DNA of 64,000 nt, taken from assembly GCF_009914755.1 (NCBI RefSeq), contig NC_060941.1; one strand, written 5' to 3'. Positions within the stretch are counted from its first letter, which is position 1. Each line of letters starts with the position of its first letter. The notes below the pieces were generated by a model that saw nothing but the letters and a program-made list of their open reading frames with translations, ran no database searches and was not told the DNA's origin. The translations under genes and the position numbers were made by a program. The stretch is from the human T2T-CHM13v2.0 reference genome, Homo sapiens. This document shows positions 42,330 to 56,399 of the stretch, piece after piece.

Positions 42330-43640
42330 GTCTGTGCCCTGGCTCTATCCGCCACCCACCACCAGGAACTCCTGCATGTAGGTTTACAATCCAGATCTCT
42401 GGCACCTCCTAGATCTTACTACCTGGTTACTGGTGCCAACGTCACTCAACGTGTGGGACAGAGAACAGACGAGGGCCTCTCCCGAAACCTCCTCTACCGC
42501 TGCCCCTCCCAGTATAGTCAATGGCACTAAAGTTGATTCAGCACCCCCAAACTCACTGAAATTGATCCAGCACCCCTAAACTCATTGGAATTGATCCAGC
42601 ATCCCAAACTCAGATCTCTGGGCACAACCCTTCCCCCTCCCTTGTCTCCAGTGCCCACCCAAGTTGCCTCTAGGTCCTATGCATTCTTCTTCCTTAACAC
42701 CTTCTGTACCTGTGTGACCTCCGCTACCCACAAATCCACATGGCTCAGGCCCCTTCTCTTCCTAGAACATGGCGCGGCCTCTGAACTTGATCCTGGCTCA
42801 GAAACCCTACAGCTCCCACATCCAGCCTCAACTCAGTGGCCAGACGAGTCGGCTGCATGGCAGGTTCCGCCCCATTGTACACTTCACAGCTGCCCACAGG
42901 CTCAGGGAAGGTTCAAGACCTCTTGGCCTGGGGCTGAGGATGCCCACACCTGGCACCAACCCACCTGCCCACCTGCTTCTCCCTCGGCTCCCCCACCAGG
43001 GGTCTGCCCTCAGGCTGAGGAGAGCGTCTTACAGCTCCCCAGTGGCCGAGCTCACACTCCTGGATCCTTCCCCTCCCTGCCTGAAAAGACTGAGCCCTCT
43101 CACTCTACCCAGCAGCCTCTTACTCACCTGGAGACCAGGTGGCCTGAGCCAGCCTTGTCTTTCTCCATCTCTCAGCAGGGAATGAGTCTGCTGACCACGC
43201 CTCATGCCTCTGGAAGCACACTTTGTCCTGGGCTGGCCCACACCCTCCTGGTCTCCCCATGGCTCTGGCCCTTCCTCCTGCCTTTGCCTAGTGGGTAACT
43301 GGGCATTGCAGGGCCCCTTCTCCTTCCACCCTTTACTTTCTCCCCAGGCAACTTCGGAGGTCTGGCTTCAACCCGCACCCTGATGCCAGCAATGCCCACT
43401 CTAGCCGAGTTCCCTGTGGGTCCAACCTTTTTGCTTCCCTTGATGTCTCCCAGACTGCTCTGTCCCACATGTCTGAGGCTCAGGGTCTTCTCCCAGAAAC
43501 CTGGTCCTAGCTCAGTGGTCCCTATTTCAGTGAATGGATCTATCACCCGTCCAAGTGAGCAAGTCAGCTGGGGTCCACTCTGACCCTCCCTCTCTTCCTC
43601 CCCCATCCTCCAATCCATCATTGACTGTCAGTTTGACCCA
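42330..43640 (+). mobile_element. L2 fragments
   Basis: cactcaacgtgt..aaacctcctc..gtcaatggcac; cagtgaatggatctatcacc..tccaatccatca. Confidence 0.6.
42525..42610 (+). repeat. 29-bp tandem repeat x3 (cactgaaattgatccagcacccctaaact)
   Basis: Directly visible units. Confidence 0.9.
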
Positions 43641-43689
43641 AGGAGTTCGGGGGCCTCTAGAGGCTGGAACAGGGAGGCAGTGGACTCTC

Positions 43690-43830
43690 CCTCGGAAATG
43701 AGCTCTGATGGTTCCTCGATGGTAAACCAGTGAGGCTCCTTCCTGACTTCTGCCTTCCAGAACTGCAAGGCCACCCATCCGGCTCGTTTCAAGCCGCTAC
43801 GTTTGTTTGCGACGGCGGCACCTAATGCGG
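43690..43830 (+). mobile_element. MLT1 3' fragment
   Basis: gacttctgccttccagaactg..ttcaagccgctacgtttg. Confidence 0.55.
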
Positions 43831-44909
43831 TCCTCTTGGAAAGTTCTCAGCGTCACATCGCTCTGGCTGTGTTGACCACTCCCAGCCAACTGCCCCTCTC
43901 AATGCCCCTCTCCTCTCCCTTCCTTTTTGGGTCTTCATGTCCACAGAGAGTGAGGCGTGGACCCAGGCTTTCTGCCTCTCCAATGAGACAGGAGGGCAGG
44001 GAGCTGAAAAATCTCAAATCTGCCAACCCCACCCTTCCCCCTCTATCCCGCCCGGCAAGCCCCAGCCCCCTAAACCCGCAGCCTTCTTTGCCGTCTACAC
44101 TCAGCAAAGTCAAGTCCCTCTCTGAGCAGCCTCTGCTTCCCAGATGGAGCCTCTGGCCCTGACCCTGCGGGGTGGTGCTGTGTGGGAAGGGGCAAGAAAA
44201 AGGAACAAGCAACGCTTGACAAGGCTGTTTCAGGTCCCCCTTCTTCTTTCAGCCCAAGTAGATCCTGGCGGCCGACAGACACCGCAGAGGGAGGTAACCA
44301 CCACTCCTCCTAGCACAATGCACCTGGTGCTCCCTCAAGAGCTGCCAAAGCCAGACGGGGCTCATCTTTCCCCCCACCTCAAATACCTGCCCTTCACCAC
44401 ACACACATCCGGACACAAAGCCGGGGAGGACTCGAATTAATTTAACTTTTAATTATATTCACTTAACAAGATGATCCAGCTGAGGTTAAAAAAAGTCTGC
44501 CTCCCCGCCCAGATGAAAAAAACCTCTTCTGTATCTATTTATATCCAGTATATACATAACCAGAAACGAATCTTTCTTTATGGACCATTAAAGATCTAAT
44601 GTTTAATTTATAGCCACTTTCTCTGGCGGGGTATCCAGGCACAATGTCAACATTTTTAATTAAATGAAATTTTTTTTTTAAATCACAAAGGAAGATATAT
44701 ATTTTTAAAGCCACATTTGAGCCAGTGAGCAACAGCCCTGAGTTGCTGCTTCCAGGAGGTGCTGCTGGTTGGAGAGGGTGCCGGGGAAAGGGGAGACATC
44801 TCTGGAATTTCAAATCCCTGGCTGGCCAGTCTGTCTGCGGTTAGGGTGGCAGGGGTGTCCCCAGATGAGGGCATGGCAGTGTACCTAGCAGGGGAGGTCC
44901 CCAGCTGCT

Positions 44910-45130
44910 GTTTGTTGAGCACCTACTGTGTTTTGGGCAGTGCCCTAGAGGGTTTTCACATGCCATCATCTTTAATTCTCCCAGCAATGGTCCACGGGGT
45001 GGCCATGGGATGGGATTACCACGGAGGAAGCTCAGAGAGGTTGGACACCCTGCCTGAGGTCACACAGTAGCAGATGGATGAAGAGCCCATGTCTGGGTCC
45101 AGGTCAGGTTCCCAAACCTAAGCACTTTTC
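44910..45130 (-). mobile_element. MIR
   Basis: tttgttgagcacctactgtgt..gctcagagaggtt..cctgaggtcacacag. Confidence 0.8.
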
Positions 45131-46353
45131 TCTTCCCCCACGCAGCCTCTGAGGGCGGGTATGGGAGGGAGCCTTCTCCCCAGCTGGTGGCAGGACTTCT
45201 GAGTCCTCCATGGTGCAAATGAAGTCACTGCAATGCCCAGGTCCTGGGCAGGGAGGCAAGTTCACCACTGCATCGCTAGCACCCAGGACACAGGAGCCTC
45301 ACAGAAGTCATTTGCTGAGTTTTGCAGTTCATGAGAGTGAAAGTGATTTTCCAGAAGGTTCTCAGATGTCCTGGCTTCAGGGAGCAGGGCCCCTGAGGTC
45401 TGGAAGAGGCCAGCTGCTGCCCAGTCCTATTCCTGCCTCGTTCAGAACCCTGCCCACCCCGCAACCCCCAGGTGGCAGCAGGTGAGGAACCTTACTCCTG
45501 AGACCCTCAGCCCTAGCTCCACATACCCCCAAACCTGCCCCCCAATCCAGGACACATGGCACCAGGGCCCAGCCTTGAGACCAACCAGCTGGACTCTTGC
45601 ACACTGACCTCTGAACATAGATGGAGGGAAGCCCTTGAGTTGCTAAGCCTGTAGGTGACCCTGACTGAGGGTTCTGGGGCTAGAGATGGAGCTTTGGGAA
45701 GCTGAGCCCTTGAACCCTCAGCTGGTGACCAGTGCTGGCCCCAGGGATCTCCCACCTGCTTGGGTTGGTCTTATGCCACCAGGGGCCACTTCTGAGCCCT
45801 CTTGGCGATTCGTATACTTGCCCCTCCATGCAGTGTCAGTCCAGGCTGTGAAAAACCCGCCCTGCCTGAGTGGGTGCCTTACCTGGACAGTATCCAGGTG
45901 GACAGGTGCCTTATCTTGGCTGGGCATGAGAGGGGTCCCAGAATGTCTGGAAGTGCTGGATGGCCCAGGTTATGGCCACTTGGCTATCACCATGGGCTGG
46001 ACTCTCTAAGGACAACGTGGGGCTTCAGGCTGACATGCTGGGATTGGCAACACCCCAGACTCTTGCTCTAGGTAGGGCCTGGGGCAGGACTATGTGCCCT
46101 GAGCCCTCTATCCTGGGCAGGAACTGTGGGTCAGAGCGGAGGGCAGGCAGCTTGTCCTTGGGACCTTGCTGGCTTCCTGCCCCCAGGGCCTGTATCTGCT
46201 TGGCCTCCCCTCCTTAGCCAACTCCTTGACCCCTCAGAAACTTGACCTCTCTCCAGGCTTTTCCTATGGGGCCTACCCAGGCCACACCCCTCCCAGCCAG
46301 TCTGGTGCTGCCTCCAGGACAGAGAATGGGAGCTGAGTGGCCCTGTGGTCACA

Positions 46354-46392
<39 letters not shown>
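46354..46392. repeat. (TG)n microsatellite
   Basis: About 19 alternating dinucleotides. Confidence 0.97.
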
Positions 46393-46395
<3 letters not shown>

Positions 46396-47775
46396 GGGGG
46401 TGTGGCATGAGGAGGAGCACTGGAGAGGGAGTCTGGGGTGACGGTGCCGTAGACTCACTATGGTGGGTCTCAGCCCGGTGGCTGAACATCAGTGACACCG
46501 TTGAGAGACACGTGGACACTTCAACATCTGCCCTGCTCTTCAAAGAAGTGACCTCACAGGGGCATAGTCCCTGTCACCATTCTCCACCCCAGAGCCCTGG
46601 CCCCCCATCTGTGCTCAGGAACAAGGCTGTGCTTAGGAACAAGGCTGTGTCCACCCTTGAATTGTCCAAGGGTGGAAATTAGAGGCAGCCAGAAGCCGAG
46701 GCTAGCATGAGCCAGCGGCCTTTAATGGGACACTCCATCTTCCCCTGGCGACCGCGTCTCCCAGGAAGCCTCGGGAAGCTGCTGAGTCAACACTGCATGG
46801 GCAGGGTGGCCGGTGCTCAGCAGCAGCACTGGGCCTGGCCTCCCAGTCCAGCTGATCACCATCCCGGGGGCACCTGCAGCTCAGGGGCAGCGTCCCTGGG
46901 CTTCTCCTCCTCCATGGCTGCAATTCCCCTTCCTAGAGGGGCCGCAGATAGGAAGACCCTCCTGTACATCCCAGGGACGGTGGATGTTGCTGGTGTAGGG
47001 ACTGAATCGACACCACTTCTGGGACTCCTGTCTTCTGCTTGGGGCTGGGGATCCTGGACCCGCTGCCTGCCGAGCACAGAGGGGCACAGCTGCCTCCCCA
47101 GCCAACTCCCTCGGGGGCTTCCAAAGCAGCCATCCAGAAAATGCCTGGTCATAGTCCTCTAGGAATTTCTGGAGCTGTCTTCCATACCACGAACTTCCCT
47201 GGTGCGGACGGGAGGGGCTGACCTAGCAGTCCATGGTAGGGAAGCCCCAGCCCATTGTAAACCCTCCCAGCCCCGCCAGGTGTGCGCCCCCGCCTTGCTC
47301 AACCTTCATCAGCTGTGGAGGTCAAGAGCCTCATCACTCCCTCTTAGCTCTGCTCCTTCCTGCAGGGAGGCACGCTTGTCTCTGGGGCTTCTATTCCCAT
47401 AAACCGACCCTTCCTTTCTCATGTGAATCCACTTTAATTACAAAGCTAAATAACGAGAAGGAAATATTAAAATTAAAAAAAAATTCCCTACACATAGCAA
47501 GTTTGCTTGTGCCGGCCACCGGCTCCGGGAGCTGAAGCCCAGAGTGAGGATGGCACCACGCCACTCACTAAAAGCATGAGTGTCCCTAAATCAATAATTC
47601 ATTTACTTTAATGAGATAAGTACTTTGAAAACTAATTGCAAACCTGCTCCATTTACTCCAACCTGCTACAGCCCTTAATGTAAATCGCAGAACCATGGCT
47701 GTGGGGAGGAGAAAGTCTTTAGGTGGAAGACACTGTGTCATCTTCCCCTTTCTTCTAAGAAAGGGAAAGAAGTTC

Positions 47776-48189
<414 letters not shown>

Positions 48190-48700
48190 CTACCGTGAGG
48201 CAGCAGACGGGTCCCCTCCAGTATGAGGTTCGACTCACATCCTTCCCCTGGGAGAGAGGGTAGCACTGGGAAGCCGGAATGTGGCAGCACACACTACAAT
48301 CAATGCCGGGAAGTGACTGTCCTGGGGCCTCCGGGGACTCCTGTGAGTCCCTCTGCCAGCAGGTGCTCTGAGCAGTCCTTCCCCAAGCCCCGAGCCCCGG
48401 GAGGTTTGTGCGGTTCCAGAGACACCAGCACAGGGATGCATGTTGTTAGGTGAGTTTTCAGTTCATGCTTTGGCAAGTGAAGTCCCAAAGGGTCCAATGT
48501 TCCAATAGCTTCCCCAGAATACAAACCCGAGACCAAAAAGATGCTCTGACTAGCAGGTGCCCTGAGGAGTCTGCTGCCAAGATGCTGAGAGCACAGCCTG
48601 TGCTGAGTGGAGGACAGAGCAGCAGACCAGGAAGCTGCTCACCTACCAGGGGTTTGGCCAAAGGGCTGCAGGGCCCATGGGGCCAGGAAAAGACACCTGA

Positions 48701-49051
<351 letters not shown>

Positions 49052-51009
49052 TAAAAAAATAAAAAGCAATGATGGTACATTTTTCAGCTTCTAATCTTGT
49101 GGGGACGGGGGTCTCAAATCCTTCTTCTCTCTCCCCCTTTATCCCCTTCTCTCCCCACTGTCTCTCTTTCTGGTTTTTGGCCTCACTGGGAATAGATGCC
49201 AATGCCTACACAGAAGTCCAAGTTTGCTTCTTGACATTTTCAGGAAGAGCCTGTTTTAGAGATTATGACTCTTGGAAAATGCAGAAGAACCTATTTCTGC
49301 TTTGCTGCTAGACACTGGTTGGTCCTCCGCGGTGAATAGCTCAGCTAAACCAATCCAGCTCTCAGGGCTGACCCAGTGCAGGGAGCACCACACTGACAGG
49401 CAGTCGCAGCACCAGACAGCAGCCTCCAGTGATACGCCGCAGACACAGAGAAAGGATCTGAAACGGATTCCCGCTTAAATCTCAAACCCTACTCAATACT
49501 CCTGTACTGAGGTGAAAGCAGAGGATAACATCTCCATTCCTCAGAACCCACCAGGTGTGTTGCCGTGGACCACAGTCAAGGTTGCTGCTGTTATGATTCA
49601 GCATTTACTGAGCACGGGAATGTGCTGGGCCAGCCCTTCCCACGGGGGTCCCTGTCTAAATGGAACACAGGTTCCCCAGGCTGGATGGAGCCAGGACCAC
49701 TAACGACACTCAGGGGTCAGATCCTGGGCAGACTAAAAGGAGCTCTAGAGCCTCAGGGCCAAGGGAGGGTGGGACAGGGAACGTGGCGAAGTTCTTCTCA
49801 GGTGCACCCAGCAAGAGAGATGGACAGGCCCTTTGGAAGATCAGGAGGCAGGGGCTGGTTGGTGGGGGGTGCACTCACAGCTGCTGAAGACCCTGTTCAG
49901 GAAGGGCTCATCTCCTAGTGGGAATCCCACCCTCGCCACACCATCCTCCTCCTGCTCTGCCGATGACAGAGAGGGTCCTGCACCTGGGCCACCTTGTACT
50001 TGACCCGGCTATCACAGTCCACCTGCCATGGCTACTCGATGCCATGTCGAAAGGCGCCGTCCCAGCAAGTCTGGCCCCAAAGCTGCCCTGCTTTCTCAGC
50101 GCTTGCTAGAGGGAAGCCTGCTCTTTCTAAGTGGCTGCAGCTGCTTTTGCAGAGTCGCTTATCACTTGCAATCCCAGCTCTAAGTCATTGCTCAAAACCA
50201 GAAATGTCAAAATTCTCTTTCCCTTATAATTCTGCCCTTCAGGCTAAACTGTCTGTAGGGATGACGACAGCAGAGCACTGGTGGGTACTGAATGCTGTTT
50301 TTCTATAGACCCACTTTTCTTCTCCCTGAAATACTGACCCAATACGCAGCTGGTGTCTGGCCCACCTGGCATCTGTGGACTCTGCCCCAGGGGCTGTGCT
50401 GTCCTCGGGTCGAGGGTGGAGCAGGAGTGGGGAGTGGGCACAGCACCGATCTCGGGTAGGGTCCACCTGCAGGACCCGCAGCCCTGTGGCAAGAGGGTGT
50501 GTTCTGGGGTCCCTGCCCTTCCGTGGTGAGGGCAGCTGCCTGTACCCCAGAGGCGAATGGGAAGGTGAGGGCAGGGGCAGGAGGCACCAGAGATGGGGTC
50601 ATCGCCAGAGAAGAGCTCTCCTGTGTTCCTGAGAAGACAAGCTGCAAACCAGCTGCATCTGGGAGGCAAGGCCTGAGGAGGGAAGGGAGCAGGCAGGACT
50701 CTGGGGGCCCAGGTGAGATGGCGTTGCCTGGGACCGCATGGAAGGGAAGGCCACTCAGCTGATGCAGAGGCAGCTGGGAGGGGGCTGAGAGCAGGGACCT
50801 GCTGGTCAGTAGACCGGGCTCCCTTTGCTGAGCCTGGCAATCCTGCGTTCCCCGGGAGCCAGGAGACGCAGGGACAGGCTCGGTGTGGCCTGGGTGTCTA
50901 GGTGCCCCCGCATCTCAGGGTCACAGTAGCCGCAGGGGCTCTGCAGCAGGCGCCATTCTCAGTACTGGGCAGCATTTTCCCTCTCTCTCTCCTCCCTGAA
51001 GAGGCCCGT

Positions 51010-51100
51010 CTGAGCATTATCCCTGTTTTGCAGATGAGGAAACTGATGCTCAGATATGTCAACTGTGAGTGCAGCAGGGATGTGAATCCAGTCAGGTGGG
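51010..51100 (-). mobile_element. MIR fragment
   Basis: attatccctgttttgcagatgaggaaactga. Confidence 0.75.
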
Positions 51101-52329
51101 CTGGGCAGCCAGATGCTGAGCCCCTTCCTGGCCGCTGACTTTCCCTGGGTAGAGTGAGGACCATGGGAGATGGTCCTCACACCCCTGGTGTGGGGAGCCC
51201 TCTGGACAGGTAGAGTGCTGTCTGCACATCCCTTATTGTCTAGCCAGCACTTACTGAGCACCCCTGGGCCTGGCCCAGCCCATCGGCCACCTGGTTTAAT
51301 CATCAAATAAGGAGGTACAGGGGGAGGTGGAATGGGAGCCTGCCTTGCCCAGACCCTCACACCCCTCCCCACTGGCTAGCTGTCGGGGACCCCCTGCCCT
51401 GCTGAGGCTCAGCTTCTCCCAGGGCCCCTTCCCACAAAGCAGCCCCATGTGCCGGCACCTGCTCCCTGCCACAGTGGATCCAGCACTGTCTGTGGCCTCT
51501 GCCCCACACGTTCTGGGCCCTGAGTGGAACCCAGAAGGGGTCTTGTTCTTTCCCCTGCACCTTGGAGCTAGGAACCCTGAGAAGAAAGAACGTGGCCTGA
51601 GAAGGGCCCCAGAAAGAGCCACGAGGTGCCCACAGTGCACGCCAATAGAGCAGAGATGCCACTGGCACCTCCACGGGTGAGGGGTCAGCTGCTGGGGCCA
51701 GGCCCGTGCCCCTAACTCTGAGGGCAGCACTGATGGCCAAGGCCAAATCCAGAGCCCCAGGGGTGGCCCAGAGAGGTGTGGCCACACTGGCCTGAGGCTG
51801 AGGACACAGCCAAGCTGCAGCCAGCTTGCCCGGCCTTGGGGCCTGATGGGAATCCGACGCCCCTCCCCTGGGGATAGGAACATGGCCAAGGAAGACGCTG
51901 TAAAGTGCGAGAAAATGGCATGTAGGAGAGGATTTTCAGTCCACATCACAGAGCAACTCCAAAGTCCTTTCCCAGCTCTGAGGCCCACCAGCTCTGGCCG
52001 ACTGCCAGACTCTATCACCCTCCACGGGCCGCACACTGGCCTCCTCACTGGCCCTGGCACCTGCCGGCACACTCCACCCAGGGCCTTTGCACCAACTCCA
52101 GCCTCTCCCCTACCATCCATGTGTTTCCCTCCCTCCCTCCCGTCCTGGGGCCGGGGCCTCTCCCCACCCTAGCTGTTCCTCGCTTGCCTTCGATCTTTGC
52201 CCAGATCCTTTTTCTCACCTCAGTAAAGTCAAAGCCTTCATACCCCTACACCCCTCCAGTTCCCACCCCACGGCGTTCGCTCCTCGAGCCCCCTACAAAC
52301 ATACTCATCTGTTCCCCCAACTGCCCATC

Positions 52330-52462
52330 TCCCCTATTGCAATGTAAGCACAACAAGAGATTTTTATCTGCTTTGTCTCCTGATGTACACACTGATGTGT
52401 CTCCAGAGCCCAGGACAGGGCCTGGCACAGAGCAAACAATAAATATGTGTGAGTAAATGAAG
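52330..52462 (+). mobile_element. L2 3' end
   Basis: cccaggacagggcctggcacagag..caataaatatgtgtgagtaaatgaa. Confidence 0.75.
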
Positions 52463-52714
52463 GAGGGGGCACGAGCACCCCGAAGCCACATGCACAGGGT
52501 CTCTTTCTTTTTCCTTTCCTTTTTCTCTCCCAAGACCCAAGACCTGCTTTTCTCTTGCAGAAAGTGGTGTTCTGAGGGGCATGGAGCTCCTTGGAAGGAG
52601 CCGGAGGCAGAGGATGCAGGTGGAGGCGCTGTACTGCCACAGTCCCCCAGGAGCCTCCCAGGCCTGTGCGGCTCTCTCTCCCCGGCACAGGATTCCCTGG
52701 AGGGCTCTCCACAG

Positions 52715-52820
52715 TGCAGAGTCAATGATGCGGCAGGTCTGGGGTGGTGGGGGTGCATTTCTCACAAGGTCCCAGGTGACACGGAGGCTGCTGGAGCAGG
52801 GGCCACCGTCTGAGCAGCAG
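52715..52820. mobile_element. MER5A-like hAT fragment
   Basis: caggtctggggtgg..tgcatttctcacaaggtcccaggtga. Confidence 0.65.
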
Positions 52821-53153
52821 CTCGCACACAGGCGGGTGGGCGGCAGGACCCTCCCTATCCCATCCCGCACTGGTCGCCACGGGGACCTTGGTGTGAAACC
52901 AGGATGAAGGCTGCACACCCCACGCTTCCCCTGTTCACACAAGAGGCCCCCAGAGCGGCTTCCCCTCCTGTTTCTTGGCAGCTTCTGATGGAACCCGAAG
53001 AGGGGAGGGGAGGACTTCAGGTGCTCACGGCCGGCCCCGCGGAATTGTGGGTTTGCCTTTACTGGGGCTTGTGGAGGGGGGAGGCGTACGAACACCTGCA
53101 ATATTAATGCAGATTGCTGGGCATCGGGATCCTTCACACACTCCAAAACTTTG

Positions 53154-53240
53154 CTTTGAGTTCCTCTGAGATTCCTTTTGAGGTTTGAGATTCCTTTTGA
53201 GATTCTTTTGAGTTATTTGAGTAACTTTGAGATTCCCTTT
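53154..53240 (+). repeat. Degenerate short tandem repeat (tttgagattcc-like)
   Basis: Repeated tttgag units. Confidence 0.75.
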
Positions 53241-55234
53241 CTCTGCCTGGGCTGTATGTTAAACCAAAACCACTGCTCTGGAAAAGCCTCTCGTGGCCAC
53301 AGCTCTGTACACACAATGTGGCTAAGCGGCGGCCAGGCCAAGCCCGAGATGCGGCGGTTCTGAGCCTCAGCTTCTCCATGGAGGCTCCCACAAGCCCAGA
53401 GCTCTGCAGCCAGGGGCAAGTCCCGCAGCCATGGGGGGCCCCGGACAGGGGCTGTGGGTAGGAAAGGGGTGGCCAGGACTGGCCTGGGAGCCAGCCATGA
53501 CCCTGCGCAAGCAGATCCCACTGAGGGGACACGGTCCCTCTCCTTGGTTTCCCTGCCAGGACTTGCACATTTCTCTGTGAATTCCACCTCGGTCGTTCTC
53601 CTTTGAAGAACAATCGATGGGTAGATCTCCACTGATCACACAGGGACAAACTGATTAGGATCCTAAATTAGATCAGTGCTGCTGTCTGCTCAGAGGGCAG
53701 GACCCCTTAATCCTATTCCAGTCTCAAGAGGTGGAGGGAGGCCCAGGCTGGTGGGAAGGGCTGTGGGCCCTCTGTGCAGGCTCACGGTGCCAGCTGTGGA
53801 CAAGCCCACAGGCAGGAGTGGAGCTACGGATCTGTGGCTGCCCCGTGTGCCCCACAAGGCTGGAGTCCATCCTTACTTGGGGCATGAGGACAGCCAGGCC
53901 AAGACTGGTCCAATAGTATCAGCTGCTCCCTGTTGGATGGAAACCAACCCATATGCCTTCAGCCATGAGCACTGGGGCAGCCCCAATAGGGCGAGGCTCC
54001 TTCTTGCTTCTTGGCTGCAAAGCGCCAGCTCTGGTTGCCTTCTCCTTGTTTCAGGTGGCCTGGCTGCCAAAGCTGTTGGCAGACACTTGCTGGGCTGATG
54101 AACTCTGCAGGTGAGGCTGCAGCTGGTAAGGCCTCAGCTGCCTCCCCCGGGAGAACTTGCTCTTGGCCACTCTGGGTTGAGGCGACTTAGCTGAGCAGGC
54201 CCAGGCCTTCAGCTCAGGCAGGGTAACTCGCCCAGGCCTAGCGTGCCCCTCCAGGGTCCCAGGGCCCCGCGAAGCCACCCTGACCCAAGTGGATGCTGGG
54301 GTACCCCCCCGGCTGTGCTGCCTCCCCCAACCTTTGGAGGGCTCAGGCTCTGGAAACACTCAGGCTAGAGGGAGAACACAGCAAGGGCAAACTTTTCGTG
54401 ATTTCTGCTCTTTCCTCTCTCCCGGCCCAGCATTGGGAAGGTGGCCAGCACTTTTAAGGAACAATCCAAGTGAACGCTGGTATTTTACAGGCACTTTGTA
54501 AATTCTGCAGCACTTGAAATTTATGTGATTTGTTTGGAACGCTGGAAGGCACGTGGAGTTTCTGCGGACACAGAGGCCTTCTGCCCCTGGTCAGGTTTTT
54601 ACCAGTCGTGGCGGGGCCCTGGGCCCTGGCTGGGAGAGTCCCGTGCTGCTCGTGGCAGAAGTCCTGGGAGTGGCCACTGGAGAGGAGGCAGGAAGGCAGA
54701 GGCTGCCCCAGCTCATCGTGAGCCACCCCCACCTGCTCTCTAGGGTGGCCAGGTCATATCCACCTGGAAGGCAGACCAAATGCCACCACACCCCCTCTGC
54801 CCCGAGCCCAGGCTCCATGAGAGCTAGGACTCTGCGTGTTGTTGCCTAGAACGGTGCCTGACACACAGGGGGCAGCCAGCGAATGGCTGGATGAACGCGC
54901 GCTTACGAGGGGCAGAACGATGTCCCCAAGAAGGTATGTCCAGTCCTAACCCCCAGAGCTGGAATGTGACCTTATTTGGAAAAGGATCTTTGCAGATATG
55001 ACTAAATGAAGGATGATAAAATGAGATCATCCTAGATTTAGGGTTAGCCCTAAATCGAATAGCGGTTGCCTTTATAAGAGAAAGGAGGGAGGCTTGAGAC
55101 ACACAAGGAAGAAGGGCTCGTGGAACCAGAGGCAGAGATTGGAGAGTCAAGGAATGCCTGGAGCCCCTAGAAGCTGGAAAGGCAGGAAGGACCCTTCCCT
55201 AGAGCTTTGGCGGGAGCGCAGCCCTGTTGGCATC

Positions 55235-55514
55235 TTTTTTTTTTTTTTTAAGACGGAGTTTTGCTCTTGTTGCCCAGGCTGGAGTGCAGTGGTGCGATTT
55301 CAGCTCCCGGATTCAAGTGATTCTCATCCCTCGGCCTCCCAAGTAGCTGGGATTACAGGCACCTGCCACCACACCTGGCTAATTTTTGTATTTTTAGTAG
55401 AGACAGGATTTCACCATGTTGACCAGGCTGGTCTCGAACTCCTGACCTCAGGTGATCCATGTGCGTCGCCCTCCCAAAGTGCTGGGATTACAGGTGTGAG
55501 CCACCAAGCCTGGC
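55235..55514 (-). mobile_element. AluS with a short internal deletion
   Basis: Poly-T plus dimer. Confidence 0.92.
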
Positions 55515-55644
55515 TTTTTTTTTTTTAAAGACGGGGGTCTCACTATGTTATCCAGGCTGTCCTCGAACTCCTGGGCTCAAGCGATTCTCCTGCCTCAGCC
55601 TCCCAAGTTGGTAGGATTACAGGCAGAAGTCACTGCACCCGGCT
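55515..55644 (-). mobile_element. FLAM / AluJ left monomer
   Basis: gaactcctgggctcaagcgat; outer TSD cctgttggcatctt / cctgctgacatctt brackets both Alus. Confidence 0.85.
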
Positions 55645-56399
55645 CCTGCTGACATCTTGATTTTAGACTTCTGGGCTCCAGAACAGTGAGAATCCATTTC
55701 TGTTGTCTCATGTCACCCAGTTCGTGGTCATCTGTCACAGCAGCCCCAGGAGACTCATCCACGTGCTCTGGTCTGGAGTTTAATTCTAGCAAGAGCAGAT
55801 TCTCCTCATAGCTTCCCCAGTTCACCCACCTGATGCTGTTTCTGTTTTCCTCCCTGGGACCTTAGCAAGCATGGGCCCGGGGTACAGTCTCTGTGATTGG
55901 TGGGTCCTGTGTATACTGCCAGAGGCGGTGTGCCCCACGAACCGGGCCTCGACTTCCCCATGTTCTGTGCCTTCTCCTTGGCTCCTGCCCCCGCTGGAAG
56001 GTTCTGCTCCCCTGTACGGTTCTGCAGGGCAAGCTGGGTGAGAACATGGGGAAGTGTCCGGCATTACTGCCACGAATGCCCTTGGAGACCCTCAGTGCGA
56101 GAGGAGGGGGGGGGGGCGCAGATTTGTGGCGATCATAAAAACTGCATCAAACTACTACAGAAAGCAGCCCATGCAGCTCTGTTCCAAGCAGACTTTCCAC
56201 CACCTCCCCTGCCAGATGCCACGCTCGGCAGTGGCCACAGGGTGAGCTGGGCAGAGGCAGTCCAGCCCCCCGTTCCAAAGGACAAAACGCAGAACACAAA
56301 CAGTTCCAAAGAACAAAACCCTCTCACCACCCTTCAGCCTGGAGGAATGCTGGAAATGAAACCAGGTTTCATGAGCTTGCTCCTAAGTTTTTAAATGTA

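Larger units (their letters stand above)
54903..55760 (+). mobile_element. MLT1B/C LTR interrupted by Alus
   Basis: gaatgtgaccttatttggaaa..gcagagattggag..; resumes gacttctgggctccagaacagtgaga..cagcagcccca. Confidence 0.88.

Noticed and set aside
51296-53146. 274-aa and 260-aa minus-strand ORFs
   Set aside because: No recognisable domain; such lengths are expected by chance in GC-rich DNA; the 260-aa ORF overlaps L2 and MER5A.
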